64,000 bases of DNA, taken from positions 1,184,001-1,248,000 of the forward strand of contig OZ251992.1 of assembly GCA_965246885.1 (NCBI GenBank), written 5' to 3'. Positions 27,960 to 37,145 of this stretch are shown piece after piece. Source of the DNA: Abditibacterium sp. (GTDB lineage: Bacteria > Armatimonadota > Abditibacteriia > Abditibacteriales > Abditibacteriaceae). Position numbers and translations under genes: made by a program. The notes under the pieces were generated by a model, which was not told where the DNA came from, ran no database searches, and worked only from the letters and a program-made list of their open reading frames with translations. The first letter of the stretch is position 1, and each line of letters opens with the position of its first letter.

Positions 27960-29318
27960 TTAAAGCGCCAAGTAGCGGTTGAGTTCCCAGTTGGTGACGG
28001 CGCGGGAGTTCATGTCGTTGTATTCGTCCCACTCGGCGCGCTTAGTAGCGAGGTAGTTCCCCGCGTACTCCTCGCCCAGCGCGCGGCACAGCGCCTCATC
28101 CGCTTCGAGGGCGTCCAGCGCTTCGCCGAGGTTGGCGGGCAGCAGTTCGATGCCGCGCGCCTGCGCTTCTGACGGGGAGTGAAGGAACAGGTTCTCACTC
28201 CCGCGACTTTTCCCGGCGCTAAGTCCCCGCGCGACGCCGTCCAAGCCTGCCGCGAGGACGCCCGCCGCCGCGAGATAGGGGCTGGAACTGCCGTCGGCGG
28301 TGCGGTATTCCAACCTGCCGGGGGCCGGAACGCGGATCATGGTGGTGCGGTTGTTGCCGCCGTGCGCCACGAAAATCGGTGCCCACGTCGCGCCGCTCCG
28401 GGGGCTGCGCGCGCCAAAGCGTTTGTAGGAGTTGATGCTCGGCGCGGTCAGGGCGCACAACGCGCGGGCGTGGTGCATGACGCCGCCCATGAAGGCATAC
28501 GCGAGGCCGCTCAAGCCCATGTCGTCGTTCTTGTCGAGGAACAGGTTGTCGCGCGCCTCGGCGTCCCAGATGGAGCAGTGCATATGCGCGCCGCTTCCGG
28601 TCAGGTTCTCGAACGGCTTGGGCATGAACGTCGCGTGCAGGCCGCGCTCTTCGGCCAAGGCTTTGACCATGAACTTAAAGAAGATGACTTGGTCGGCGGT
28701 CTTGAGGGCGTCGTTGAAGTTCCAGTTGATCTCGAACTGCCCGTTGGCGTCCTCGTGGTCGTTCTGGTAGGCGCCGTAGCCAAGCTCGTTGAGGTAGGTG
28801 AGGAGCGTGGTGAGGAAATCGGCGTTGCGCAGAAGCGCCAGTTGGCCGTAGCAGGGCTTCGACAGCGTGTCGGACGGGTCGGAGATCTGCGGCGGGGCGC
28901 CGTTCTTGGCGGGCTTCTCCATCAGGAAGAACTCCGGTTCGATGCCCAGTTTAAAGCGGAAGCCCTGCTCCTGCGCCGCTTCAAGGTTGCGCGCCAAGAT
29001 GGAGCGCGGGCAGTGCGCCCAGTCATTCCCGTCGTGCTGCATATTGCCCGCAATCCACGCCATCCCCGGCTTCCAAGGCAAGGGAAAGACGGTCGAATCG
29101 GACTTGGGCACGCACGACAGGTCGGGGTCTTGCGGCCCTTGGCCCAGCCCGTCAACGGCGAAGCCCGCGAACCCCGCCGCGCCGTCCACCACGTCGGGCA
29201 GGCAGTGCGCGGGCACCAGTTTGGCGCGCGGGATGCCGTTGATGTCGGAGAAAGACATCAGAAAGTATTTGATTTGATGCGCGTCAAAGAGTTGTTGGGT
29301 TTGGGAAATGTTGTGCAT
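27960..29318 (-). CDS. glnT: Type III glutamate-ammonia ligase / gamma-glutamylmethylamide synthetase
   Basis: AKLVPA, GAAGFAGFA, YQNDHEDANGQFEIN, SGATWAP, NNRT; mgs operon context favours GmaS. Confidence 0.9.
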   Translation of the reverse strand: MHNISQTQQLFDAHQIKYFLMSFSDINGIPRAKLVPAHCLPDVVDGAAGFAGFAVDGLGQGPQDPDLSCVPKSDSTVFPLPWKPGMAWIAGNMQHDGNDWAHCPRSILARNLEAAQEQGFRFKLGIEPEFFLMEKPAKNGAPPQISDPSDTLSKPCYGQLALLRNADFLTTLLTYLNELGYGAYQNDHEDANGQFEINWNFNDALKTADQVIFFKFMVKALAEERGLHATFMPKPFENLTGSGAHMHCSIWDAEARDNLFLDKNDDMGLSGLAYAFMGGVMHHARALCALTAPSINSYKRFGARSPRSGATWAPIFVAHGGNNRTTMIRVPAPGRLEYRTADGSSSPYLAAAGVLAAGLDGVARGLSAGKSRGSENLFLHSPSEAQARGIELLPANLGEALDALEADEALCRALGEEYAGNYLATKRAEWDEYNDMNSRAVTNWELNRYLAL

Positions 29319-29324
29319 AATGGT

Positions 29325-29774
29325 TTAGTCCGTTGGGTATTTGAAGAAGCCGACGAGTTGTGTTTGGGCGAAGCCGACTTTCGGATAGAACGCCATCGCG
29401 GGCGCGTTGGCGCTGTCACACAGAACCTGAAAGCGCGCCGCGCCCTTGCCGACGGCCCAGCGTTCCAGTTCCGCTAACAGCAGGGGCATCAGTCCGCGCC
29501 CGCGAAAGGCGGGGAGGAGAATTACGTCCTCGATCCACACGGCGGGCGCGCCCATCGCGGTCGAGATGATGAGTTGCGCGCTGCACATCCCGGCGACTTC
29601 GCCCTCGACTTCCCCGACCAAGATAGTCCGCAAGCCGGGCGCTTGGAGCATCAATTCCAGTCCGCGCCGCGACTTGGCGGGGTCGAAGTGGAAGTCCGCT
29701 TCGATGGCGAAGAGGGTTTCGAGCAAGCCGAGCAGGGCGGGGATGTCGGCGGAAGTGGCGGCGCGGATGTGCAT
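29325..29774 (-). CDS. GNAT N-acetyltransferase
   Basis: LFAIEADF, ISTAMG, IEDV...FRGRG, N..A..FY..VGF. Confidence 0.88.
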   Translation of the reverse strand: MHIRAATSADIPALLGLLETLFAIEADFHFDPAKSRRGLELMLQAPGLRTILVGEVEGEVAGMCSAQLIISTAMGAPAVWIEDVILLPAFRGRGLMPLLLAELERWAVGKGAARFQVLCDSANAPAMAFYPKVGFAQTQLVGFFKYPTD

Positions 29775-29777
29775 GGG

Positions 29778-30980
29778 TTAGCGCAAGAACTTGGCGCGCT
29801 CGTATTTCCACTTCGAGGCGATGGGGCGCCCATCGGCAAAGCGGGCGAGGTCGAAGATGCCGGTTGGGAACGGCGAGGCGATGCCCTCGACGCGGCAGGC
29901 CATCTCCTCGCCCATCACCGTCGCCAGCTTGAAGCCGTGCCCGGAAAAGCCGACGGCGACATGGACGGTCTCGAAGGAGTCAATGATTGGCTGCCAGTCG
30001 GGGGTGGTTTCATACAGCCCGCAAAAGGCGCGCTCGACGCCACCTTTGTCGAGCGCGTCAATCCCCTCGAAACGCAGCGCGGCCTTGCCCTTAGCGTCGC
30101 GGATGGCGCGGGCGTCGGCTTCGGGGTCGTGCGAAATGGCGCAGTCGCGGGCGGGAACGGCTTGGAAATCCTGCAAATCGGCGGAGTCCGAGGAGCCAAC
30201 CCACATCCCGCTCCCGCCATCGGCGCGGAAATAGGCGAGGTTAATGAGGTCGGACACGACGGGAAAGCTCCCCCGGAAACTGGCGGGCCGCTCGACGACG
30301 ACGATCTGCGCGCGCATCGGGGTAACGGGCAACTCCAAGCCGAACAGTTCGCCCACGCCGCGCGACCAGTTGCCGGTGCAAAGCACGACTTGCGCGCAAC
30401 TCACGCTCGTTCCGTCGCCCAGCGCGACTTCCCAGCCTTCGCCGACAGCGCGCGCGCCGATAACGGGGGCGCCAAAGCGAAACGCTGCGCCGCTCTGTTT
30501 GGCGCCGTCGGTGAACGACCGGACAACGAGCGCGGGCGAAGCGTAGCCGCCGTGCTTCTCATAGGCGACGAGGGCGACATCTTCGGTGCGGACGGCGGGC
30601 GCGAGGGCTTTGAAGGCGGCGGGCGCCATTAACTCGACTTCGACGCCCAACTTCTGGTGCATCCCGATGTTGCGATGCAGCGTCGCCACGTCATCGGCGG
30701 CGACCAACACGGCGTAGCCGCACCCGTTCCAGCCCGCGTCGCCGCCGAAGAGTTCGCCGAAGCGTTGGAATCGCTTATTGGCTTCGAGCGCCATTTCGAC
30801 CAACTCCGGCACGCCGTAGTGCGCGCGGATGATGGCGCCGGACTTGGCGGTGGACTCCCCACCCGGCGCGGCGTTACGCTCGGCGACGACGACGCGGTAG
30901 CCGCGCCGCGAAAGCTCGAACGCCGCCGCGCACCCCATCAAGCCCGCGCCGACAACCAAGACATCGCAGGTTTCGGCCAT
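29778..30980 (-). CDS. FAD-dependent oxidoreductase (sarcosine oxidase beta/DAAO-like; candidate N-methylglutamate oxidase)
   Basis: VVGAGLMG, STAKSGAIIRAHY, TPDWQPII, GFSGHGFK. Confidence 0.88.
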   Translation of the reverse strand: MAETCDVLVVGAGLMGCAAAFELSRRGYRVVVAERNAAPGGESTAKSGAIIRAHYGVPELVEMALEANKRFQRFGELFGGDAGWNGCGYAVLVAADDVATLHRNIGMHQKLGVEVELMAPAAFKALAPAVRTEDVALVAYEKHGGYASPALVVRSFTDGAKQSGAAFRFGAPVIGARAVGEGWEVALGDGTSVSCAQVVLCTGNWSRGVGELFGLELPVTPMRAQIVVVERPASFRGSFPVVSDLINLAYFRADGGSGMWVGSSDSADLQDFQAVPARDCAISHDPEADARAIRDAKGKAALRFEGIDALDKGGVERAFCGLYETTPDWQPIIDSFETVHVAVGFSGHGFKLATVMGEEMACRVEGIASPFPTGIFDLARFADGRPIASKWKYERAKFLR

Positions 30981-31181
30981 TTAAAGCGCCCCCATAGCCA
31001 TCAGGCTCAGATTTTCAAGTGTGGAGAATCCCGCGTTTACCTCGCAGCGCGTCCGGCAGGACGCTTGGCGAAGCCGGATGCCGGGGATTTCATATCCCCG
31101 AAAGCGTTTCGCCAAGCGTCCTGCCGGACGCGCTGCGAGGCTTCGCTTGATGATGGTGATCTCCATTTAAAGCGCCCCCAT
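30977..31181. mobile_element. 186-bp palindrome-containing insert flanked by 19-bp direct repeats (MITE/REP-like)
   Basis: ccatttaaagcgcccccat at 30977-30995 and 31163-31181; internal 33-bp-arm inverted repeat 31040-31072/31108-31140; carries a 61-codon ORF 30981-31166. Confidence 0.6.
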
Positions 31182-32504
31182 CAGTTCGGCGACGTGCGAC
31201 GGGGCGAGCGGCGCTCTCATTCCGGCGAAGGGGATGCCCGTCACAAGCGCCGATTCGAGCGTGAGGGCGCGCAAGTCGTCGCGGTCGAGGTTGCCGACGT
31301 GCGATTTGCCGCAGGCGCGCGCCATGATTTGCATCTCCAACGTCATCGCGCGCAGGAAGTTCTCGACGCGCTCGGCGGCTTCTTGCACGTCTAAACGCTT
31401 CACCAGTTCGGGGTCTTGCGTGGCGACGCCGACCGGACAGCGTCCGGTGTGGCAGTGGTGGCAGGCTCCGGCGCGCGTGCCCATCGCCTCGTAATCTTCG
31501 AGGTAGAGCGGCGCGTTGCAGTTCAAGGCGATAATCGCCGCCGTCCCAATCGCCACCGCGTCGGCGCCCAGCGCCAAGGCTTTGGCGGCGTCCACGCCGG
31601 ATTTAATGCCGCCGCAAACGATGAGTTGCACTTCGCCGGTCAAGCCCAAGTCCTCCAAAGCGCGCGCCGCTTCGACGATGGCGGCGAGGGTGGGAATCCC
31701 GGTATGGTCGAGCAAAACGTCGGGCGACGCGGCGGTTCCGCCTTCCATGCCGTCCACGACCACGCAGTCCGCGCCCGCTTTGGCGGCGAGTTTCACGTCC
31801 TCATACACGCGCGCGGCGCCCAATTTCACGTAGATGGGCTTTTGCCAATCGGTCGCTTCGCGGAGTTCCTCTATCTTGATGGCGAGGTCTTCTGGCCCCA
31901 TCCAATCGGGATGGCGGCAGGGGGAGCGCTGGTCTACGCCGTCCGGCAGGTCGCGCATCCCGGCGATTTCGCTACTCACTTTCTGGCCGAGCAGCAAGCC
32001 GCCCGTTCCCGGTTTGGCGCCCTGCCCGACGACGACTTCGATGGCGTCGGCGCGCATCACATCGTGCGGGTTGAAGCCGTAGCGCGACGGCAAGCACTGA
32101 TACACGAGAGTCTGCGAATACTCGCGGTCGGTCGGGTGCATGCCGCCATCGCCGGTGCAAGTCGAGGTGCCAACGGCGGACGCGCCCAGTCCAAGGGCTT
32201 CTTTGGCGTTGCGACTGAGCGCGCCGTAGCTCATGCCCGCGATGGTGATGGGCGTTTTGAGGCGAAGCGGCTTTTTGGCGAAGCGCCCGCCCAAGATAAT
32301 ATCCGTCGAGCAGGTCTCGCGGTAGCCTTCGAGAGCTACGCGCGTCAGGCCCGCCGGGATAAAGGTCAGGTCTTCGAGCGTCGGGAGCGCGCGCGCGGTC
32401 GAGAAAGCGCGAATGCGGTAGCGGCCCAAACGCGCTTTCTCTTGAATGTCGTGAATGGAGCTTTCGTCCCAAATGCGGGAGGCTTGGCGGTCGTCAATAG
32501 GCAT
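31167..32504 (-). CDS. mgsC: FMN-binding glutamate synthase-family protein (NMG synthase subunit C / GlxD)
   Basis: AGMSYGALS, TGDGG, GQGAKPG.GG, RHPDW, CHHCHTGRCPVGVATQD. Confidence 0.9.
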   Translation of the reverse strand: MPIDDRQASRIWDESSIHDIQEKARLGRYRIRAFSTARALPTLEDLTFIPAGLTRVALEGYRETCSTDIILGGRFAKKPLRLKTPITIAGMSYGALSRNAKEALGLGASAVGTSTCTGDGGMHPTDREYSQTLVYQCLPSRYGFNPHDVMRADAIEVVVGQGAKPGTGGLLLGQKVSSEIAGMRDLPDGVDQRSPCRHPDWMGPEDLAIKIEELREATDWQKPIYVKLGAARVYEDVKLAAKAGADCVVVDGMEGGTAASPDVLLDHTGIPTLAAIVEAARALEDLGLTGEVQLIVCGGIKSGVDAAKALALGADAVAIGTAAIIALNCNAPLYLEDYEAMGTRAGACHHCHTGRCPVGVATQDPELVKRLDVQEAAERVENFLRAMTLEMQIMARACGKSHVGNLDRDDLRALTLESALVTGIPFAGMRAPLAPSHVAELMGAL

Positions 32505-32520
32505 GATGTGTGGTTGATTG

Positions 32521-32718
32521 GATGATTCACGGGATCGTTTCGCGGCGTCGCGGAACTCTTTCGGGAACTCGCGGAACTCTCCCCCGAACTCGCGGAACTC
32601 TTTCGCGGCGTCGCTGAACTCTCTCCCGAACTCACGGAACTCCTCCGCGAACTCACGGAATCGTTTCGCGGCGTCGCGGAACTCTTCCGCGAACTCGCGG
32701 AATCGTTCCGCGAACTCG
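32521..32718. repeat. Degenerate 21-bp tandem array (~9 units)
   Basis: Units such as gcggaactctttcgcggcgtc, gcggaactctcccccgaactc, gcggaatcgttccgcgaactc. Confidence 0.9.
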
Positions 32719-32732
32719 TTGTGTGCGTGGAT

Positions 32733-33539
32733 TTAGGCAAAAATCTCCACCGCGTCGCCGCGCCGCATGACGCCGGGCGTGAGGATGCGAGCGTAGACGC
32801 CGACGCCGCCTTCGTTGTGCTGGACGGCGGCGCGCAGGACGGCGGAGTCTTTGGGCAGGTCGTATTGCGGCAGCGTCGTCATCACGCAGCGCGGGCAGGG
32901 GCCGGTGATTTCCATTTCGACTTCGCCGATTTTCAAGGTTTTGCCGATCCAGTCGTTCTCGACGAAGCCGGGAGCGCCTTGCGTGTCCACGATGAAGTTC
33001 GGGCGAAAGCGGCGCGCTTCCAAACGCGAGCCGGGAATAATGCCCATCAAGGTTTGCAGCGTGGAAGTCGTGAGGAGGTGAATGGTGGACAAGTCGAAGA
33101 AGGTGCCCGCGAGCGTGTTTTCGTCCGTTACGGCGTCGGCGTGCGGCAAACCCTCGACATCGGCGGGCCAAAACTCCTCTATCACCGGCACTTCCGGCGC
33201 GACCGATTCCCACGACACGGGCTTGCCGAGAGATGCCGACAGCGCCGCTTCGAGGTGCGGGTCGTTCGAGAGCATCATCGCGCCATCGGGAAGCGTCAGC
33301 ATCACGGGCGGCAGTTCGCCGTTGCCCGACAGCGCGATGGGAGCCGCGAACGCCGCGCGGTGCGAGAACATCGTCGGCCACTTGCGCGGGTTCTTCGCGG
33401 TAACGAGCTTGCCTTCCTCATCTTTGAGCGCGAACGCGCGGTCGCCCAGCACGCCCTTCTCAGTCACGAAGGAAGCGTTGAGTTCTTCGCCCATCATGGA
33501 CTTGACGGGAAAGCGGTAAATGGAAGCGAGGGTGTTCAT
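32733..33539 (-). CDS. MOSC domain-containing protein
   Basis: IYRFPVKSMMGE, GDRAFAL, RRFRPNF, PCPRCVMTT. Confidence 0.92.
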   Translation of the reverse strand: MNTLASIYRFPVKSMMGEELNASFVTEKGVLGDRAFALKDEEGKLVTAKNPRKWPTMFSHRAAFAAPIALSGNGELPPVMLTLPDGAMMLSNDPHLEAALSASLGKPVSWESVAPEVPVIEEFWPADVEGLPHADAVTDENTLAGTFFDLSTIHLLTTSTLQTLMGIIPGSRLEARRFRPNFIVDTQGAPGFVENDWIGKTLKIGEVEMEITGPCPRCVMTTLPQYDLPKDSAVLRAAVQHNEGGVGVYARILTPGVMRRGDAVEIFA

Positions 33540-33557
33540 GGTGTGGTTGCGCGCGGC

Positions 33558-34904
33558 TCACATCGTAATCACAAACACTTTCTTGAGCGGCTCGTGAACT
33601 TCCCAAACGGACGGGGTGTTCATCGGGAAGGAGATGATGTCGCCGGGTTTGACGAGGACGCTGGTGCCGTCGTCTATGGTGATGGTGGCGCGGCCTTCGA
33701 GGACATGGAAGGTCTCGTTGCCAAAGAACAGCCAGCGAAAGGTCGCGGGCTGCACCCACCAGAGGCCGGTGAGGTAAACCGGGTCGTTCTTCTCGTTCTT
33801 TTTGAGCCAGTGGACTTTGGGAACGGGGTCGCCTTGGAGCAGGTCGTGCGCTTCGATGGGCATCGGCTCCCAAAGCGTGGTTTCGGTGGTGGAATAGTAG
33901 ATGTTTCCCATGACGGGTTCCTTTTTGTGGTTGATTTCGGGCAGGGCGCGCAGACCGGGAACGGTGGAGCGGGGCTTTTTCTCGACTTCGCGGATGCGGG
34001 TATCGAGGAAATCCACGAGCGCGTCGTAGAAGTTGGCCCAGCCCTTGTATTCGCGCGTCGGGCGCGGCACGCCCTTGACGTTGCTGGCGAAGCGTTTGAG
34101 CCGGACGGGGTCGGCGATGACTTCCGCGAGCGGGGTTAAATAGGTGTGGATGGTGAAGAGAATCCCCTCGGTGCGCGGCAGGCGGACGAACATCTGGCGT
34201 TCGACGCGCATGTGCAAGCGGTCTCCGGCGTTCTCGTGGGTGATGCCGCGCTTGGCGGGCGCCCATTCGTGGTAGGTCGGCGGAGCGAGGTTGAGGCGGT
34301 CGGTCGCGCTGATTGTCCAATTCAAGCGCCCCGTCGGGCGGTGCGGCTTGAGGCGCTGCATCATCGAAAGCGCGGGGTGGCCAATGCGCTCGATAAAGCC
34401 GGGAGTCGGCTCGTGGATGCGCAGGAATCCCTCGCCGATTTTGTCGTCCAAGCACCAACTCGCCGCAAAGCACAAGTGCCCCGCCGCCATCGTGATGCTC
34501 TCGTCGCCGTTCATTAGGATTAAGTCCTCCTGAACGTGGCGCCCCAGCCAATCGAGCGGCGCAAGTGGAAGAGTCGAAGCGTCGCCGAGGGTGAAGGTTT
34601 CGCGCGTGCCGCGCAGGTGGTTGGCGAATGTCCACTCGGCCCCATTGCGTTCAAGGGCGAAGTGGGTGGGGTAGTGCGCGACCAAGTCGGGCAGGACGGT
34701 CTCGATGCAATCCCACGCGAGCGCGAGCGCATCAGGCGGGCACTGGAAGTAGTAGCGGTGGTCGGTCGCCAAGATTTCGTCCTTGAGCGCCATCTCTGCT
34801 GCGTAATGCTCGATGTCCACCTCGATGATTGGCCCACTTTGTGGGCGGGCGTTCATCGGCATGTCGTATTCGTCGTGATCGAAGGGGAAGTAAGGGAGGG
34901 ACAT
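33558..34904 (-). CDS. DUF3445 heme-dependent oxidative N-demethylase alpha-like protein fused to a cupin (DUF861/EutQ-like)
   Basis: VQEDLILM, CFAASW..DKIG..FLRIHEP, R.NW, RVERQ, LFTIHTY; C-terminal GDP, TGLW, ETFHVLEG, PGDIISFP, W.V...LKK cupin. Confidence 0.85.
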   Translation of the reverse strand: MSLPYFPFDHDEYDMPMNARPQSGPIIEVDIEHYAAEMALKDEILATDHRYYFQCPPDALALAWDCIETVLPDLVAHYPTHFALERNGAEWTFANHLRGTRETFTLGDASTLPLAPLDWLGRHVQEDLILMNGDESITMAAGHLCFAASWCLDDKIGEGFLRIHEPTPGFIERIGHPALSMMQRLKPHRPTGRLNWTISATDRLNLAPPTYHEWAPAKRGITHENAGDRLHMRVERQMFVRLPRTEGILFTIHTYLTPLAEVIADPVRLKRFASNVKGVPRPTREYKGWANFYDALVDFLDTRIREVEKKPRSTVPGLRALPEINHKKEPVMGNIYYSTTETTLWEPMPIEAHDLLQGDPVPKVHWLKKNEKNDPVYLTGLWWVQPATFRWLFFGNETFHVLEGRATITIDDGTSVLVKPGDIISFPMNTPSVWEVHEPLKKVFVITM

Positions 34905-34907
34905 GTT

Positions 34908-36383
34908 TTAAATCGCTTCCGCCAAGTCGTCGTCCAGCACGGGTGCGGGGATGTAAGCGGGCGCGGCGGCTTTGGCTTTGTCCTGCGCGCGGCGGATGAG
35001 GTAGAAGGGCACGAAGGTGAACATGATGAGAAAGCCCATCACGAACGGTTGGGTGATGGCCCACCCGCCCCATTGAAAGCCGCCGACAAAGAGCAAGACG
35101 GTGTTGAAGACCGCGAAGAGCGCGGCGAGGGGCACGAAGAAGGCGGGCAACTTGAAGGGGCGGTCGGCGTGCGCGGCGTCGCGGCGCAGCAGGATGTAAG
35201 CGATGGGCAGAATCATCCACACCAGCAGGTAGCCAATCGTCGAGGCGCCCACCATATTGATGACGTTGTCTTTGAAGACGACCAGCAGAAGCAGGGTGAT
35301 GAAGCAATCCCAGAACATGCCCCGGTCGGGCACGCCGAACGGGTTGAGGTGGCCGAACTGCTTGATCATCGTGCCGTCTTTGCTCATCTCGTAGACCGTG
35401 CGCGACGAGCCGATGATGGCCGTTTGCGCGCCCAGCAAAAGCGCGGCGATGAGCATCACGACGACAACCGTCGCGCCACCTTTGCCGAAAATGGCCGTCG
35501 CTGCCGGAAGAAACGCGACCTGCGGGTCTTTAGTCAGCGTGTCCACACCGACGATGCCCAGCAACACGAACGGCACGACGCCATACGCGAACATCCCGAC
35601 GAGCGAAGCGGCAATCATCGCTTTGGGCGCGTCGCGGTGCGGGTTTTTTAGTTCCGCCACAACGGTGGACGCCGACTCAAAAGCGTAGCTTGACCAGACG
35701 GCGATGAACGCCCACTTAATCATCAACAGCCACGACGCGCCCGAACTCCACGAGCCTTTGAGCGGGATGAACGGCAGGATGTTGGCCCACGAGAACAAGT
35801 GCGCGCGGTAGATGGGCGAGAGGGCGATCACCAGAAGCGGCCCCATTGCGAAGACGGCCATTGCCACGCTCATCCACACGCCCGGCTTGAGGCCGAAATA
35901 GTTGGCGCCATAAAGCGCGAGTGCCAAAACGCCCGCGACGATGGCCACGTTCGCGTTGGGCATGACGGTGCCCTTGAGGTAGCCCGCGATGAGCACGAGG
36001 TTGACCGGGATGACGGGAATCCAGCCGAGCCAATAGCCCCACGCGGCGATGGCGCCGGGAAAAGGCGACTTCTTTTTGAACGCTTCATGCGCGTAGACCG
36101 CGCCGCCGCCGGACTTGTGCGGGAACATCCCGGACATTTCGCAAATCATCAGGCAGTTGGCCACGCCAATTAGGGCAGTGAGAATCCAGATGAAGACCGA
36201 AGCGGCGCCAAGGTCGGCGGCCATCGGGCCGAGCGAAACGGCGACCAAGATGGAGCCACCCATCGAAATGACGGCGGCGCTTTTCCACGACACATGACGC
36301 TCCAGTTCGTGCGAGTCGGCGGTGTGTTCCTTGCCGGAGATGCCAACGGTGGGCATCGAGTTTGGGTTTGTTTGTGCGGCCAT
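34908..36383 (-). CDS. APC family amino acid/amine permease
   Basis: ~12 TM; PHKSGG..VYA, ELKNPHRDAPKA, SRTVY, RPFK. Confidence 0.9.
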   Translation of the reverse strand: MAAQTNPNSMPTVGISGKEHTADSHELERHVSWKSAAVISMGGSILVAVSLGPMAADLGAASVFIWILTALIGVANCLMICEMSGMFPHKSGGGAVYAHEAFKKKSPFPGAIAAWGYWLGWIPVIPVNLVLIAGYLKGTVMPNANVAIVAGVLALALYGANYFGLKPGVWMSVAMAVFAMGPLLVIALSPIYRAHLFSWANILPFIPLKGSWSSGASWLLMIKWAFIAVWSSYAFESASTVVAELKNPHRDAPKAMIAASLVGMFAYGVVPFVLLGIVGVDTLTKDPQVAFLPAATAIFGKGGATVVVVMLIAALLLGAQTAIIGSSRTVYEMSKDGTMIKQFGHLNPFGVPDRGMFWDCFITLLLLVVFKDNVINMVGASTIGYLLVWMILPIAYILLRRDAAHADRPFKLPAFFVPLAALFAVFNTVLLFVGGFQWGGWAITQPFVMGFLIMFTFVPFYLIRRAQDKAKAAAPAYIPAPVLDDDLAEAI

Positions 36384-36428
36384 AGGGATTGTTCCTTTGG
36401 GATTGGGGTGGTGCGCGTCGTAACGGGG

Positions 36429-37145
36429 TTAAAGCGCCTGCTTCCAAATCTCTTTTTCTTTGGTGTTGAAGTTGTAAAGTCGTCGGGCCGACTCGACTTT
36501 GCGGAAGTCGTCGGGCCGGAAATCCACGCCCGCTTCGAGGAAGGTTTCGGAAAGAAACTCGACATCGCGGGCGTTTAGCTCCGCCATTTGCGCGTCGGCG
36601 CCCAGCGATTTGGCTTGGCCGCGAATGTAAATCTTGCCTTCGTAAAGCGAGTCGCCCAACGCTTCGTCGGCGTCGCCGCCGATGATGAGGGCGCCCTTTT
36701 GCATCATAAAGCACGACATCACGCCGACATCGCCGGTAACGAGGAGGGTGCCGCCCTTCATGGCGGCGGCGGTGCGCGCTCCCGCGTCGCCATGCACGAC
36801 AACCAAACCGCCGCGCATGGTGGCGCCCGTCGCGCTGCCCGAACTGCCGTGAAGGATGACCTTGCCGCCCATCAGGTTTTCGGCCAGTCCCCAACCGGCG
36901 CCGCCCATAATTTCGACTTCGACGCCGTCGCAAAGGCCAGCGCAGTAGTAGCCGACCGGCCCTTCGATGCGGATGCGAAGCGGCTTGACAAGGCCCACGC
37001 CGATGTTATGGCGCGAGTCGGGATTGAACAAGACGACGGACAGCGTTTCGCCTAAGACGGAAGCGCTCGCGTGTTCGCGCAGAAAAGTGTTGATCTCGCG
37101 CGTCGAGTGCGCCGAGCAATCGAGGGTGGTTAATCCAGCGCCCAT
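36429..37145 (-). CDS. mgsB: GXGXG-repeat protein (NMG synthase subunit B / GlxC)
   Basis: REIN, HNIGVG, GYYCAG, GWGLAENLMGG, ALGDSLYEG; ATG 37145 overlaps upstream gene. Confidence 0.88.
   Translation of the reverse strand: MGAGLTTLDCSAHSTREINTFLREHASASVLGETLSVVLFNPDSRHNIGVGLVKPLRIRIEGPVGYYCAGLCDGVEVEIMGGAGWGLAENLMGGKVILHGSSGSATGATMRGGLVVVHGDAGARTAAAMKGGTLLVTGDVGVMSCFMMQKGALIIGGDADEALGDSLYEGKIYIRGQAKSLGADAQMAELNARDVEFLSETFLEAGVDFRPDDFRKVESARRLYNFNTKEKEIWKQAL

Noticed and set aside
27960..36438. Several operon genes ending in GCGCTTTAA (…AL*) as a recombination site
   Set aside because: Only 9-10 bp match apart from the 19-bp duplication; explainable by codon and stop preference
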